From positions 52,791-116,790 of the forward strand of contig JAUCBJ010004851.1 in assembly GCA_032718475.1 (NCBI GenBank): 64,000 nucleotides of DNA. The letters run 5' to 3'. Of the stretch, positions 26,071 to 37,900 are shown piece by piece; the first letter of the stretch is position 1; each line of letters opens with the position of its first letter. Both the position numbers and the translations under genes were made by a program. A model generated the notes under the pieces. The model did no database searches. It was given only the letters and a program-made list of their open reading frames with translations, and was not told where the DNA came from. The stretch comes from Nemertoderma westbladi. Its lineage: Eukaryota > Animalia > Xenacoelomorpha.

Positions 26071-27157
26071 TGTTCGCGCTTTTAGACCTTTAGCAGTTTA
26101 ACCTGCCAATTTTAGTTGTCCTCTTGTTTATAAATCGACTTTAGCCCTTTACCAATTACCTGATGTACTGAAGTTACATCAGCCGAAGCCAGTCCGTGCG
26201 CGGCGTATGACCCACGGTGTGGGAGACTGGATTCAGATTCCTTGGGAAGTATTGCAGTGTAGACCTACTATATAATCTCTGACAAATATATTTACTTTCG
26301 GGGAAATATTAACAGTTCCTTTAGGACGTGGTGCTCTAAGTATAAAAACAGAGTTATGACTTATACTAATCACAACTAGATGGCCACAGAGTTTCGTAAA
26401 TAGCGCATTCTTTAGGAGATGCTTTATTAACCTTCACACTACTTCACACGACTTCACACTACTTTACACTAGTTCGCACTAATCTGCCGACTGTCACTGA
26501 ATTTGATCATATATAAGGAGGATTGCAACTGACACACGTAGGGATTATGAAATAGCATTTAATTCACACAAAACCACTATAATTTAAGTCGCAGTTGCTA
26601 CCGGTAGACTCTATTCCTCTTACCTCAGTAATCAATAAGATTGAGGGGTTTATGATTATTTATCGGTATTCTCCAAATATAACATCAATATCCATTAATA
26701 TAACAACAATTAATACTGTAAAACAGAAGTAAAACAGTGCGGTGAAATGAGTTGTTCAGAATCACGTGAAAATCATAATGCATGAAATGTGTATCCAAGG
26801 TTAATAGATTTACGTTCTTATAACCAAGACCATCTGATGTTCCTAGGCCAAAGTCTGAAACTTCCGTACAGAAGCACAGAATTCTGAGTTGTTCTGATTC
26901 TCAGAAAATAGTAAACAAAGACCATAATGCATTGCGCGAGTTTCCATAGGTTTCTGTTAGCCGTAAAGTGAAAATTGCTCTGATTGGCTGAATAAGACAG
27001 AACAAAGAACTTCCACGTACACAAAGAATCAGCTGACAGATTTCGTCATCTTGGTTCTAATTCCTTCCCGTCGTGTAGAGGGGTAATTTTAGGGCTATTT
27101 TAGAGTATTCTGCGCATTGCGTAAAAATGACTTGTTATGTCCGCAAAAGCTTTTACA
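26071..27157 (-). repeat. 5' LTR of copy 1 (1087 bp)
   Basis: TG...CA termini and a direct repeat of the left LTR. The outer end sits inside EEF2KMT fragment 2. Confidence 0.92.
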
Positions 27158-27565
27158 AATATTCTCGCGTAAATTCTCCAGAACGTTTACGTTCACGTCC
27201 GTAAACGTGTACCCCGTAGGAAGTGACGTCATACACGTAATTGTATCGGACAAACCCGCGCCGCATCCCAACTCTAGGGTTCCTTTACCGTCCGTTAGAT
27301 GGAATCGCCATCGCAACCATTCCGTTAGCGAGAATCCCGCGGGCCAGCTAACCAAACCGGTAGTTCCCGCAGAAAGGGTGACAATGTTCTCGCGAATAGT
27401 CATGCAGCAGTCGTAGGGTAAAACGTAAGTCCGGAAGCAGCTGGTCTGCGAATCGGGTCAAGCCATAAGTGGAGAGAATCTTTCATACACCATGTCGCTA
27501 ACTTCGGTAACATTATTAATGAGAAACTTGAGGAAGTTTTTAAAGCAAGTTCTCGAGGGTGGGAA
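27158..27565 (-). pseudogene. EEF2KMT-like pseudogene fragment 2, cut by the LTR insertion
   Basis: Near-identical to 3994-4386. Homology stops exactly at the LTR edge (TTTACA|AATATTCTCGCG). Confidence 0.9.
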
Positions 27566-28552
27566 CACTGTAGGAATACCTTAGTTGGGGTATCCCAGTA
27601 ACGTGGTTACCGGGATATTCAGCCATGACCGGGAGAATTTTGATAAAATGGTAAGACAGTTTAAGGGATTGCAAATAACTACACACAATACCAAACAGGA
27701 TAATTTAAAATCGAAGATTTATTGTAAAATAAATCCCCATCCTATTGTAAAATTGTTTTATACTATAGAAAATTTATTAGTGAAAATTATTTATCCTATT
27801 GTAAAATTTTCATATTTTGGGGTTTTCTCTTTCATCTGATACAGAATTTAATGGATATTTCAAATACTGTAATACAGTAAAACGGCTTGGCGAGATCTTT
27901 TTTAAATCTGAGTTATCGCTGTCTTTCCGTTTACCAGTTTGTCCGTCAAAATTTAGAAAACAGGCAGACAAACCGTCACACAGACATACTATTGGATACC
28001 ACTAAGCACTAAACATTAAAGCCTCCGGAAATGAAATCACCGACCCCAAAAACCCACATATTGATAATTTTAGTGAGTTGGTACGATGCCATAGTGTCAA
28101 ACATTACTGACCGATTAACAGACGGTCAGGTTTGAGCGCGAAGGTTCAAACTTTAAAACAAATTAGAAAAAAATATCAGAATTACATTTTGCGTTTTTAA
28201 TTTTTTGAAGATATTGAAAGATTTTCCAGCACATTTTTGAAAAAATATTTTGCTCAAATATTTTTTACAACATAGATATTGACCTACAATGCGAAGTTAG
28301 AGCTGTTTAAAAAAAAATCTCATGAGGGGAACCCACCCCACCCCACCCCCCCCCCCCCCCCCCCCCACCTAAAATCAGCATCCCTGAAAACGTTAATAAC
28401 CTGGAAATCAATGTATTTATTTGATCAGTTACAAATATATTTCAGTACAAATACAACAATTTTGTTACCGGTAACTTTAAGATTTATGAACAGAATTGTA
28501 AGGGTTGTTTAGGCAGTCTTGCCGGCTGAATTCTGTATGACAGTAACCGCAC

Positions 28553-30571
28553 TTATTTGATATCCTTATGTATAGAGTCGACATGTTGATTTAGTACGTG
28601 TTTGTAACGGAATTCTTTATTACAATAACCGCACTTATGTTTGATATCTTTATGTATAGAGTCGACATGTCGGTTTAGTACGTCTTTTCTAGCAAATGAT
28701 TTTCCACAATCAAAACAGTTGTACTTGATATCTTTATGAAAGTAATTCACATGGGTGGTTAGATACCTTTGCTGACTGAATTCTTTATTACAATAACCGC
28801 ACTTATGTTTGATATCTTTATGTATAGAGTCGACATGTTGATTTAGTACGTGTTTGTAGCTGAATTCTTTATTACAATAAACGCACTTATGTTTGATATC
28901 CTTATGTATAGAGTCGACATGTTGTTTTAGTTCGGCTTTTGCAGCAAATGATTTTCCACAATCGAAACAGTTGTACTTGATATCTTTATGAAAGTAGATC
29001 ACATGGGTGTTTAGATTCCCTTGCTGACTGAATTCTTTATTACAATAACCGCACTTATGTTTGATATCTTTATGTATAGAGTCGATATGTAGTTTTAGGT
29101 GGTGTTTGTAACTGAATTCTTTATTACAATAACCGCACTTATATTTGATATCTTTATGTATAGAGTCGACATGTCGGTTTAGTACGTCTTTTCTAGCAAA
29201 TGATTTTCCACAATCAAAACAGTTGTACTTGATATCTTTATGAAAGTAGTTCACATGGGTGTTTAGACCCCTTTGCAGGTTGAATTCTTTATGACAATAA
29301 CCGCACTTATGTTTGATATCCTTATGTATAGAGTCGACATGTTGATTTAGTACGTGTTTGTAACTGAATTCTTTATTACAATAACCGCACTTATATTTGA
29401 TATCTTTATGTATAGAGTCGACATGTTGTTTTAGTTCGGCTTTTGTAGCAAATGATTTTCCACAATCGAAACAGTTGTACTTGATATCTTTATGAAAGTA
29501 GTTGACATGGGTGTTTAGATTCCCTTGCTGACTGAATTCTTTATTACAATAACCGCACTTATGTTTGATATTTTTATGTATGGAGTCGACATGTAGTTTT
29601 AGTCCGGCTTTTGAAACAAATGATTTTCCACAATCGGAGCAGCTATACTTGATGATACCTTTGTGGGCAAAGATAATGTGGGTGTTTAGACTCCTTTGCT
29701 GGTTGAATTCTTTATTACAATAATCGCATTTATGTTTTATGTCTTTGTGAACGGATTCGATATGTTGATTTATTTCGGCTGTTCTAGCAAATGATTTTCC
29801 ACAATGGAAACAGTTGTACTTGATATCTTTATGTATAGAATCGACATGTCGTTTTATGTCGTGTATGTAACTGAATTCTTTATGACAATAACCGCACTTA
29901 TGTTTGATATGTTTATGTATAGAATCGACATGTCGTTTTAGGTCGAGTTTGTAACTGAATTCTTTATGACAGTAACCGCACTTATGTTTGATATCTTTAT
30001 GAGTAGCGTCAACATGCTTCTTTACATAATTTTTGCGTTTAAACAGTTTCTCACAATAATCGCATTTATACTTAATCTTGACGTCTTTATGAACGGATTC
30101 TATATGTCTCTCTAAAATTTCTTTGTTATTAAATAATTCATTGCAATGCAAAAAGGAACTGGTATCTGAAGAAGATACCAACTCCCCAACAGTTTCATTA
30201 GAACTACCGGAATCTGTTGTTGCACAACTGATTGTCGCTTCTGTACCTTCAGTTCCAATAGGCCTACCATAAGAACACTCTGCGCTGTCGTTTTCCCGTT
30301 TTTCAACAATAAAAGAATCTCCAGATGGTTCATAAGAAATATCTTCGTCATCTAGTACAGGGACAACATCTACTCTAGCGAACAAATTGTTGTGATCTTC
30401 GATGGAAGATGATCCATATACGCAGTTCTCTTGTTTAACATCAAGAGAATAGGGGGTGGAGTCTGTTGGTTCTTTCTTTATAATTATACAGTCTGTTTGT
30501 TCTTTCTTTATAATTATACCGACGCCAGACGATTTCTCTTTCAATAAATTAGTATGTTGATCCATTATCAA
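28553..30571 (-). CDS. Tandem C2H2 zinc-finger protein (18 complete CX2CX12HX4H fingers)
   Basis: 672-aa ORF with mostly 28-aa finger units and HKDIK linkers. The acidic N-terminus has IKKE, IKKE and VKQE sites. Upstream exons cannot be excluded. Confidence 0.88.
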   Translation of the reverse strand: MIMDQHTNLLKEKSSGVGIIIKKEQTDCIIIKKEPTDSTPYSLDVKQENCVYGSSSIEDHNNLFARVDVVPVLDDEDISYEPSGDSFIVEKRENDSAECSYGRPIGTEGTEATISCATTDSGSSNETVGELVSSSDTSSFLHCNELFNNKEILERHIESVHKDVKIKYKCDYCEKLFKRKNYVKKHVDATHKDIKHKCGYCHKEFSYKLDLKRHVDSIHKHIKHKCGYCHKEFSYIHDIKRHVDSIHKDIKYNCFHCGKSFARTAEINQHIESVHKDIKHKCDYCNKEFNQQRSLNTHIIFAHKGIIKYSCSDCGKSFVSKAGLKLHVDSIHKNIKHKCGYCNKEFSQQGNLNTHVNYFHKDIKYNCFDCGKSFATKAELKQHVDSIHKDIKYKCGYCNKEFSYKHVLNQHVDSIHKDIKHKCGYCHKEFNLQRGLNTHVNYFHKDIKYNCFDCGKSFARKDVLNRHVDSIHKDIKYKCGYCNKEFSYKHHLKLHIDSIHKDIKHKCGYCNKEFSQQGNLNTHVIYFHKDIKYNCFDCGKSFAAKAELKQHVDSIHKDIKHKCVYCNKEFSYKHVLNQHVDSIHKDIKHKCGYCNKEFSQQRYLTTHVNYFHKDIKYNCFDCGKSFARKDVLNRHVDSIHKDIKHKCGYCNKEFRYKHVLNQHVDSIHKDIK

Positions 30572-31907
30572 ATCTTCAATAAATATTAATCAATAAATTA
30601 AATACAGGTGGCAGTAGTTTGAGGTATGTCAAGCTCTTCACTAATATAAATTTCATGCGATGTAAATATAATAAATAGATGATATAAGGGCGTTCAAAAG
30701 TTGCATGTCGCTGTAACGGAAAGGAGCAGGTTATACAGTACCGCTTTCAAACAACGTCGCATTGGATCCTAGTAGGATCCAAGTCACTGATTCACTACTG
30801 TAGGAAAACTTTCAATACGTCAATATGCACTATCCGCCTAGAGTAGTAGTTTAAATTAGGGTTGAAACTGACAACCAAACGTATTATTTGGGAAATTCGC
30901 AGGACCGAGCGATGATGCAAAAACATACAACTTTAGAATGCCAACATCTCGGCAATTTCTTGATAGCATTCAAATGTTTTCACAGAGTTTAGAAATATTA
31001 CTCACCCACAGTAAAATAGAAGCAACACCCGGTTTCATTTTTATAAGAATTTTTTTCTACCAACATGTGACAGGGAAGAGGATACATTGAAACAGAGTCT
31101 GGGCTCCAGGGCCAAATTAGCGAAAGGTAATTAAAAGAGAAATATTATAATTATAAATATGTACCTATCTTAACATTTTTACATCGTCCAGCCGATCTCC
31201 TTACTCCAGGTATTGCTTGGTATATTTGCATTTTTCTATACGACAGTTCCTATGTAGCAAACTTCGCCTGCGTTTGAACTTAAGTAATTAACAGTAATTA
31301 ATTACCGGTACCTAATATTTAAACAAAAACTCAAGTTCGCGTAGCTGATTATGAAACTGTAACCTGTAAAGCCCGTCGCTACAGACATTGTCAATACTGC
31401 TAACTTTGAAGGTCGTTTTCACTTGGTTGCTATGGTATTTTCAAAAAACTAAATATGCCATTAAATTCTTCAAATCAAAAATAGTAATCTTCCATAAATT
31501 TTAACTCATCATATCTACAGATCATCTATAGGAGCTGTTGCTATGGCAGTTTCCCCTGTTGCAATGTTTAAGACTCTCTAAAAAACCAGCTCATCCGTTT
31601 GGTGAAGTCAACCCGATTTGTATATAATGTCCCATATCAGTATTAAACATCTATATGGGCTAGCTGAGTCGTATAAAAACACTTACGGGCCATAGGCTGG
31701 AGCCTGTATTACATATAGAAACACCTAGATTTATAAACATTGAGGCAGAAAACAATAGTTCGACATATTTTTTCCGACGAAAATACGAAATTAAACATTG
31801 TAATATTTCCGTTGCTATGTTAACCCAAGCGTGATGTTTAAATTTCAGAATAGATAACAATTCAACCAGTGAGTGTGTAGGAGTGTGGAATAATCCAACC
31901 GGTGTGG

Positions 31908-33810
31908 TAGCGTTAGACCGGAGCCAGATTTTTGCCGGAGCCGGACCGGGTAAATTCCAAAAGTACCGGAGCCGGAACCGGAGCCGGACCGGGTAAGTAA
32001 TATTAAATAAATATATATTGAGGCCTGGTATGACTGTATGACCTACAGGTACCAGTACCACTGTCATAATAGACTAACATACTAGTTATAATACTGTAAT
32101 AGGACCTGGCATGTTGCAGTTAGTCCACTACACAGCTACATTTATTTAGCTTATTTAGTGAGCCAACTTCTGCACTTTCCTGCTTTCTGACTTTGTTTTT
32201 ACTCATAAACCAGTACATTAGTCTGGTAGTTTTAGGCCTATTAGATATTAAACCTAACTGCCTAACAACAGAACAACGATGCAATAGACTGATAGAAGAA
32301 TGGTTGATAGCATCAGCCCAGTCTGTCAGTACTGTAGTAGATCTGTAGATGTAGAGGTATACTAATACTACTGTACTAGGCTAGTGACAGGCAGACAGGC
32401 TACAGGGCTAGACAGAGTTAGTAGGTAGTACAGTGCAGTACAGGGCTGGCAAAAACCATAGGTTTTTCAGAAAAATTTATAGGTTTTAGGTTTTTGCAAG
32501 GTTTTTGTAGGTTTTTGGAAGGTTTTTGCCGGTTTTTGAAGGTTTTCGCTAGGTTTTTGTAGTAATTTCGCTAGGTTTTTGTAGTATTTCTGTATTTGTA
32601 TATTGATTGATTAGATTGACCTGGTTGGTAAATGATTAGCCTAGATAAATTATATGGGGCCAAATTTGGTCAACTGGTAGACTGGTCAAGATTATATTTT
32701 ATAGATACACTATGATACAAACTGACAAAATTGTTTGAAAGAATGAGTCCGTCAGGTTTCATTGTCATATTAGTTCAGACAGTCCCATAATGCAGTCAGG
32801 AACACTGGTCACAATATGTCCAATTTACAGCCAGAATGTGTCCGCGGAAAACGCTCTCAGAGTGAAATTTCTCCATAGAAAACAATGCTAAATTTAATTT
32901 GAAAACCGGCAGTGAAATTTTAACAGCCCATACTGCCATAAAAGCATAACGCAAACCATAACCCGATAACCACCTGACTGCCTGTGACCACCAGCAGACC
33001 AGAGCCAGAGCTACAGAGACCAAGCAGCCAAGACCACCCACTGACGCTGACCCAGCCACCTGGAGCCTGGACCACTGCTGCACTGTACGTACGTGTACAG
33101 TACAGTTATCAGCAGCAACGTACATACTACATACGTCTGTACGTCAGGATGGAGGTCTGTAGTCTAGTCAGGTAGTTGAGTTACCGGTCAGCCGGTACCG
33201 GACCATCTGACTGCTAACTTGCATCAGCTAACTTGCATCAGTCAGCTTGTCCAGTTGTCAGTAGTGACAAGACAACTGGACTGGACTGGAACTCATCAGC
33301 TGACAATGCAAGTTGACTTGTTCAGTTGTTTTGAGTGTACAAATGAAATTAAAAGGCAAATTAAAGATGAAAAATCAAAAACCTAAAAACCTAGTTTTAG
33401 GCTTTTTTCACATTTTAGGTTTTTGACAAAAACCTACAAAAACCTAGGTTTACAAAAACCTACTTTGCCAGCCCTGGTGCAGTACTGTAGGTACTAGTGC
33501 AGTAGTGTACTGACTGCCTGTCTTTCAGTCTTTGTACTGTCTGACTGTTGTAGCCTCAGCCTGGCACCTGCACCTGGTAGGCCAGTCAGCCAGTCTGCCA
33601 GTACTGAGTACAGCAGTAGGCAGTGTAACTCTGTAACTGTACTATGATGGACTAGACTAGACTGCTAGATGACTGTGACGGTCAGACTGTGGACAACTGA
33701 TTGTGCATTGTACATTGTGTTGTGTGTCTCTGTCTGTCTTTTACAGTTTTATACTGGCAACTGGAGCTCCGGTCATTCTCCGGTCAAATTTTTGCCGGAC
33801 CGGAGTCAGC
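31908..33810. mobile_element. Probable non-autonomous DNA transposon with CCGG(A/T) subterminal repeats, hosting a nested hAT
   Basis: Clusters of ACCGG/GCCGG and ATTTTTGCCGGA motifs at both ends. Exact termini and TSD were not resolved. Confidence 0.45.
32441..33476. mobile_element. Non-autonomous hAT DNA transposon
   Basis: TIR CAGGGCTGGCAAA, 8-bp TSD GTGCAGTA (32433-32440 and 33477-33484), and AGGTTTTT/AAAAACCT subterminal repeats. Confidence 0.92.
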
Positions 33811-34770
33811 TGTCCATGTCCATGGCCGACCGAAATTTTCTAACCAAAACAATAAACAAAACTAGATTTCCTAATTAACGGAAAGGAGTAGGTTACAGTG
33901 GCGGGCTTTTCTAACCAAACTGCCAAAACAATAAACGATAACCTGATAACCCAATATAACAGGTTAATGGGTTAGGCCTACATTCTTATTTTGCAAGACG
34001 AAAATACCACGGGCTGACAGGTAGGCGTAGGCCTACTGAGGAACTGACTGACTGATGAATCAGGACTATACCGGTAACTGATTTTTAGTACGTAAACCTG
34101 GTAACGGTCAGGCAGTCAGGGGTCAGCCGCCAGCCGGTAGCAAAATATAATTTTGGAAACGATGATACTGTATAGGCCTACTGTAGGCCTTATTTGTTCT
34201 GGGGAACTGCTGGTCATAATCCTGTATGGAATCCATCCAAAAAGTGCGCCGGATAGCGCGCCGACCAATTTTTATGTGCGCCGCGCGCCGACTGGCCGAA
34301 GCAATTTCGAAGCAAACCCCGGCCAGCCGGCTGCCCCGGCCGACCAAATTATTAAGCGCGCCGCAGATTGAAATAATTAAATTTTGAAGAGCGCTGCTCA
34401 GCCACGCCAATTGCCAATGCAATTTCAACTTTGAAGGAGTGTAACCATAACCAACCAGTCTGCCAATTTCAGTCAGTCAGTAGTACTGCTGTAGCTGCAG
34501 AACTGTCTGACTGTACCAGCAGTACTGCAGTAACCATAACCATGCAACAGAAAAAAAGAAAGGCGAACGACTGAGCGAAGCGAGCCGAAATTTATAATCA
34601 GCTAATAATAATGTAATGTAATTTTTAAGGCAATTCCGTAATTGTTAAACCACTAAATCGGCGCCGGTTTTTATTTTTGGGAGCGCCATGCGCCAAAACC
34701 GGCGCGCTTTACGATTTACTGGTATTGGACTGCTACTGCGCGGTAGGCTGGCAGGCATACCGCGGTAAAA

Positions 34771-34920
34771 CGAACTTAGATCCTGCAAGGCCTGACTTTG
34801 ATGAACTTAGATCTTTCCGAACTTAGGTCCTATGTATGCGAACGTAGATCCTATCTGGGTGAACTTAGATCCTACCTAGGTGAACTTAGATCCCACCTAG
34901 GTGAACTTAGATCCTAACTA
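34771..34920. repeat. GAACTTAGATCC minisatellite of about 21 bp, resuming at 40182-40335
   Basis: About seven copies of GAACTTAGATCC. The same motif reappears right after the EnSpm-like end, suggesting an interrupted host repeat. Confidence 0.7.
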
Positions 34921-37900
34921 GATGATTATAGTACATTTCCTCGAAAACGATAGTGTGGATTGGGCACCATCAACATGGTTGGGCTTGGGAACAAGCGTGG
35001 AGCCACCCAAATCGTCACTTAGTTATATATTCTGGCCCCCAAAGAACGCCGGTGGAATAAGAAGAAGACGAGGTGAAGGCGACGTTACAAAGTATGGCCA
35101 AAATATAAAATAAGGATCCTCCAATATACCAGTTAGTTTCGTTCGTCATTGCATTACAAAATATGAATTTGTATTATTATTACTGTAGTACTGTACTATA
35201 CTATATTAATTAATATATCACGACTATTAATTTTCCAGAAATTGTGACACACACTATACTACTTATGTGTATATATACTAGCAGAATTGCCGTCCAAAAT
35301 GTCTTCATAGCAAAACTACATTGTACTGAGTGTTGCGCGAGTATCAAATTTATTAAAAATGAATGTATTATACTGTATGTTGAAAAGAGTCTATTGTGTC
35401 ATGTATTTTCTCCATTTATTTTCTCCATGTATTTTCTCCTTAATAACCCTAGATCCCTTCCTATAATAAACGTATTTTCTCAAATTATATTACATCATAG
35501 TGCATGACGATCACGATCATGTCATGTTGTTTTTGACTCATGTACATTATTTGTATTATTATCTTCCAGATTCCAATGAACGGGCTGTGATCTTAGCCGC
35601 CAAGGCTGAGAATGATGGATTAATAACCGAACAATCCACATGCGGCGAAGATGAAGAATCGCAGATTGTTTGCGAACCTCTCAGGAAACGACCCAAGATT
35701 AATTATAACATCCTAAACAGTGATGGGTACATTAATGACGGTGATGAATCATCATCAGATCAGGTAAGTGTTTAGTTTAGAAACAACTTAACAACTTAAT
35801 GTTTGCAACAGGATTGTTCTAGAAAGTTTAAATAATATGCATAGTTACAATAATTAATAATTCCCCCAAATAATTCAACTTTCTTTTAAAAATTCACTTT
35901 TTTATCCGCAATTGCGGACATAATAATTATTTATTACATGGGAAAAAAAGTAAAAATTTTTTTTTCATTATTCTCGAGGCATTTTATTTAGCGAGCGTCA
36001 ACGAGGTTAATAAAGGGTCGAGAGCATTTTGAAAGAAAGTGGTCTACGTGTTTTTTCCCATGTAATACGTAATTTTATTCTTAAATTGGTACTTTTTTTT
36101 TAGCTTAAAATATACTAATCCTTTAATTGTAATTAAATTTATCAGCCAAATATATTGGAATATTTTCTTATAGCACTATGAGGCACACTAACTAAATTAA
36201 TATAAACTACCTACCTAACTATATACAAAAGTTCAAGATCAATCTAACCCGCTGACGCGCTGAGTCAGTGGGGGGCGCGGGGGCAGCTGGCGACAAAACC
36301 TCGTCGTAGAGGCCGTCGGACAGAGGGTCCATGGAGCCGAGGATGGAGGCCGTGTTGCCGATCAAGATGGCTACGAGGAGACGTTGGAGGAGGAACCGAT
36401 GGGATCGCGGCTCCTGAGTGGCTGCGTGGAGGCGTCGGCCAACCTCCTTAAGGAATGCAGCCGTCTCAGGACCGGGCCGACTGAAGGTCTCGAATGCTAC
36501 CGGGTCGAAGAGGTAGCTCCCTCGGACGGTCAGTTCCTCGTATTTCTTAATCTTTGAGTTTTCCGCCTCCTCGACAACACGGCGGCCGGCCTGCGTGCTC
36601 TGGGCGAGATGACTGGGAGCGAGGGGATCGACGACGGTCGCATCCCAGGTCATCGGCCGGCCCCCACTCCACGATTCGAGGGTAACGCCATCGACACGCT
36701 TCCCATCAGCTCTACACAACCCGACCGGTTCAAGGCGAGCTCTAACCCCACAGGAGGCCAATGCACGTTTCACTATGTCGTTTAACATAGAGTGGCGTGA
36801 CAGCCTCCCGGCGCTTCTCACACAGGATAGTCCGTGGAGACCATCCGGGTTTACTTCGGATCCGCACCGGGAGCACCTTTTTTGTTGCTTAATTGTTTAA
36901 TAAAACGTAAAGCGATATAGTGTTACAAAATGTATTGAACTGTAGTTTTTTACTATATTGCTTCCATAGTTACTGCAATTTAATTTACTGTACCCTTCAA
37001 CTCCTGATACTGCTTTACTCAATGTTAAATAATATAGTGTTCTAGAATATTTATTACGTAACTAGAGAGCCGCTTAACAACATAAACAAATATTGGATAT
37101 TGAGTCCGTTTTGGAGTTCGCCGCGCAGACACTAAAGTTCCAATAACTTTTGAGTGTGGATATTGCTCAAATTACTTGCTAACCTTTTCTACGTCAATGC
37201 TCATTGAACACATTTAATAAAATTTACGAAATTCCACCAAAAATATTTTGTTTTACTTTTTTTGCCGGGAAAAAAAGTAAAATCAATGCAATCCTATGGG
37301 TCACTTTTTATCCCTAGGCGAAAAAAGTGCAACTTTTTCTCCCGATATTGGTCTAATAAAACAAAAAGGTTATCTTAAATCTGTTCTATTGCGTTTAGTT
37401 TATTGTTTTGGTTAAAATAACGTGCCACTGTAACCTGCTCATTTCCCTAAATTGAGAATTTAACATTGAGGAGGGAAATTAATTCGCCAAGGCGGGTTTT
37501 GCATTCAATCCCCCCCCCCCCCCCATGTCTCGTTTTTCCACACATGTTAGTTCATTAAATGCTAATTTTGTGCATTTTAGGACGATGCATCTCAGTATAA
37601 TACGTGTAGCAGAGGAATAGATAGCAAATTAAGGAAAGATTTCGATTGTAGAATTCTATTTGGAGAAATTCCTCTGTTTCCATCACCAGACCAAGTGCCA
37701 TCTGGGTCTGGTGATATAAGTGCAGCAGGTGTCACGATTGGAGAAGGTACTGGGTCTGGTGATGTAAGTGCAGCGGGTGCCACGATTGGAGAAGGTACTG
37801 GGTCTGGTGATGTAAGTGCAGCGGGAGCCACGATCCCAGAGCCACCTAATGAGGACGAGCAGAATAGAAACGTAGTGCTAGCTACTATTGGACAAGATGC

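Larger units (their letters stand above)
4738..27157 (-). mobile_element. BEL/Pao LTR retrotransposon copy 1 (LTR-gag/pol-ORF2-LTR, plus about 315 bp of a second tandem unit)
   Basis: Direct repeats at 5054-7812 and 26071-27157, domain order gag-PR-RT-RNaseH-IN, and collinearity with copy 2. Confidence 0.95.
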
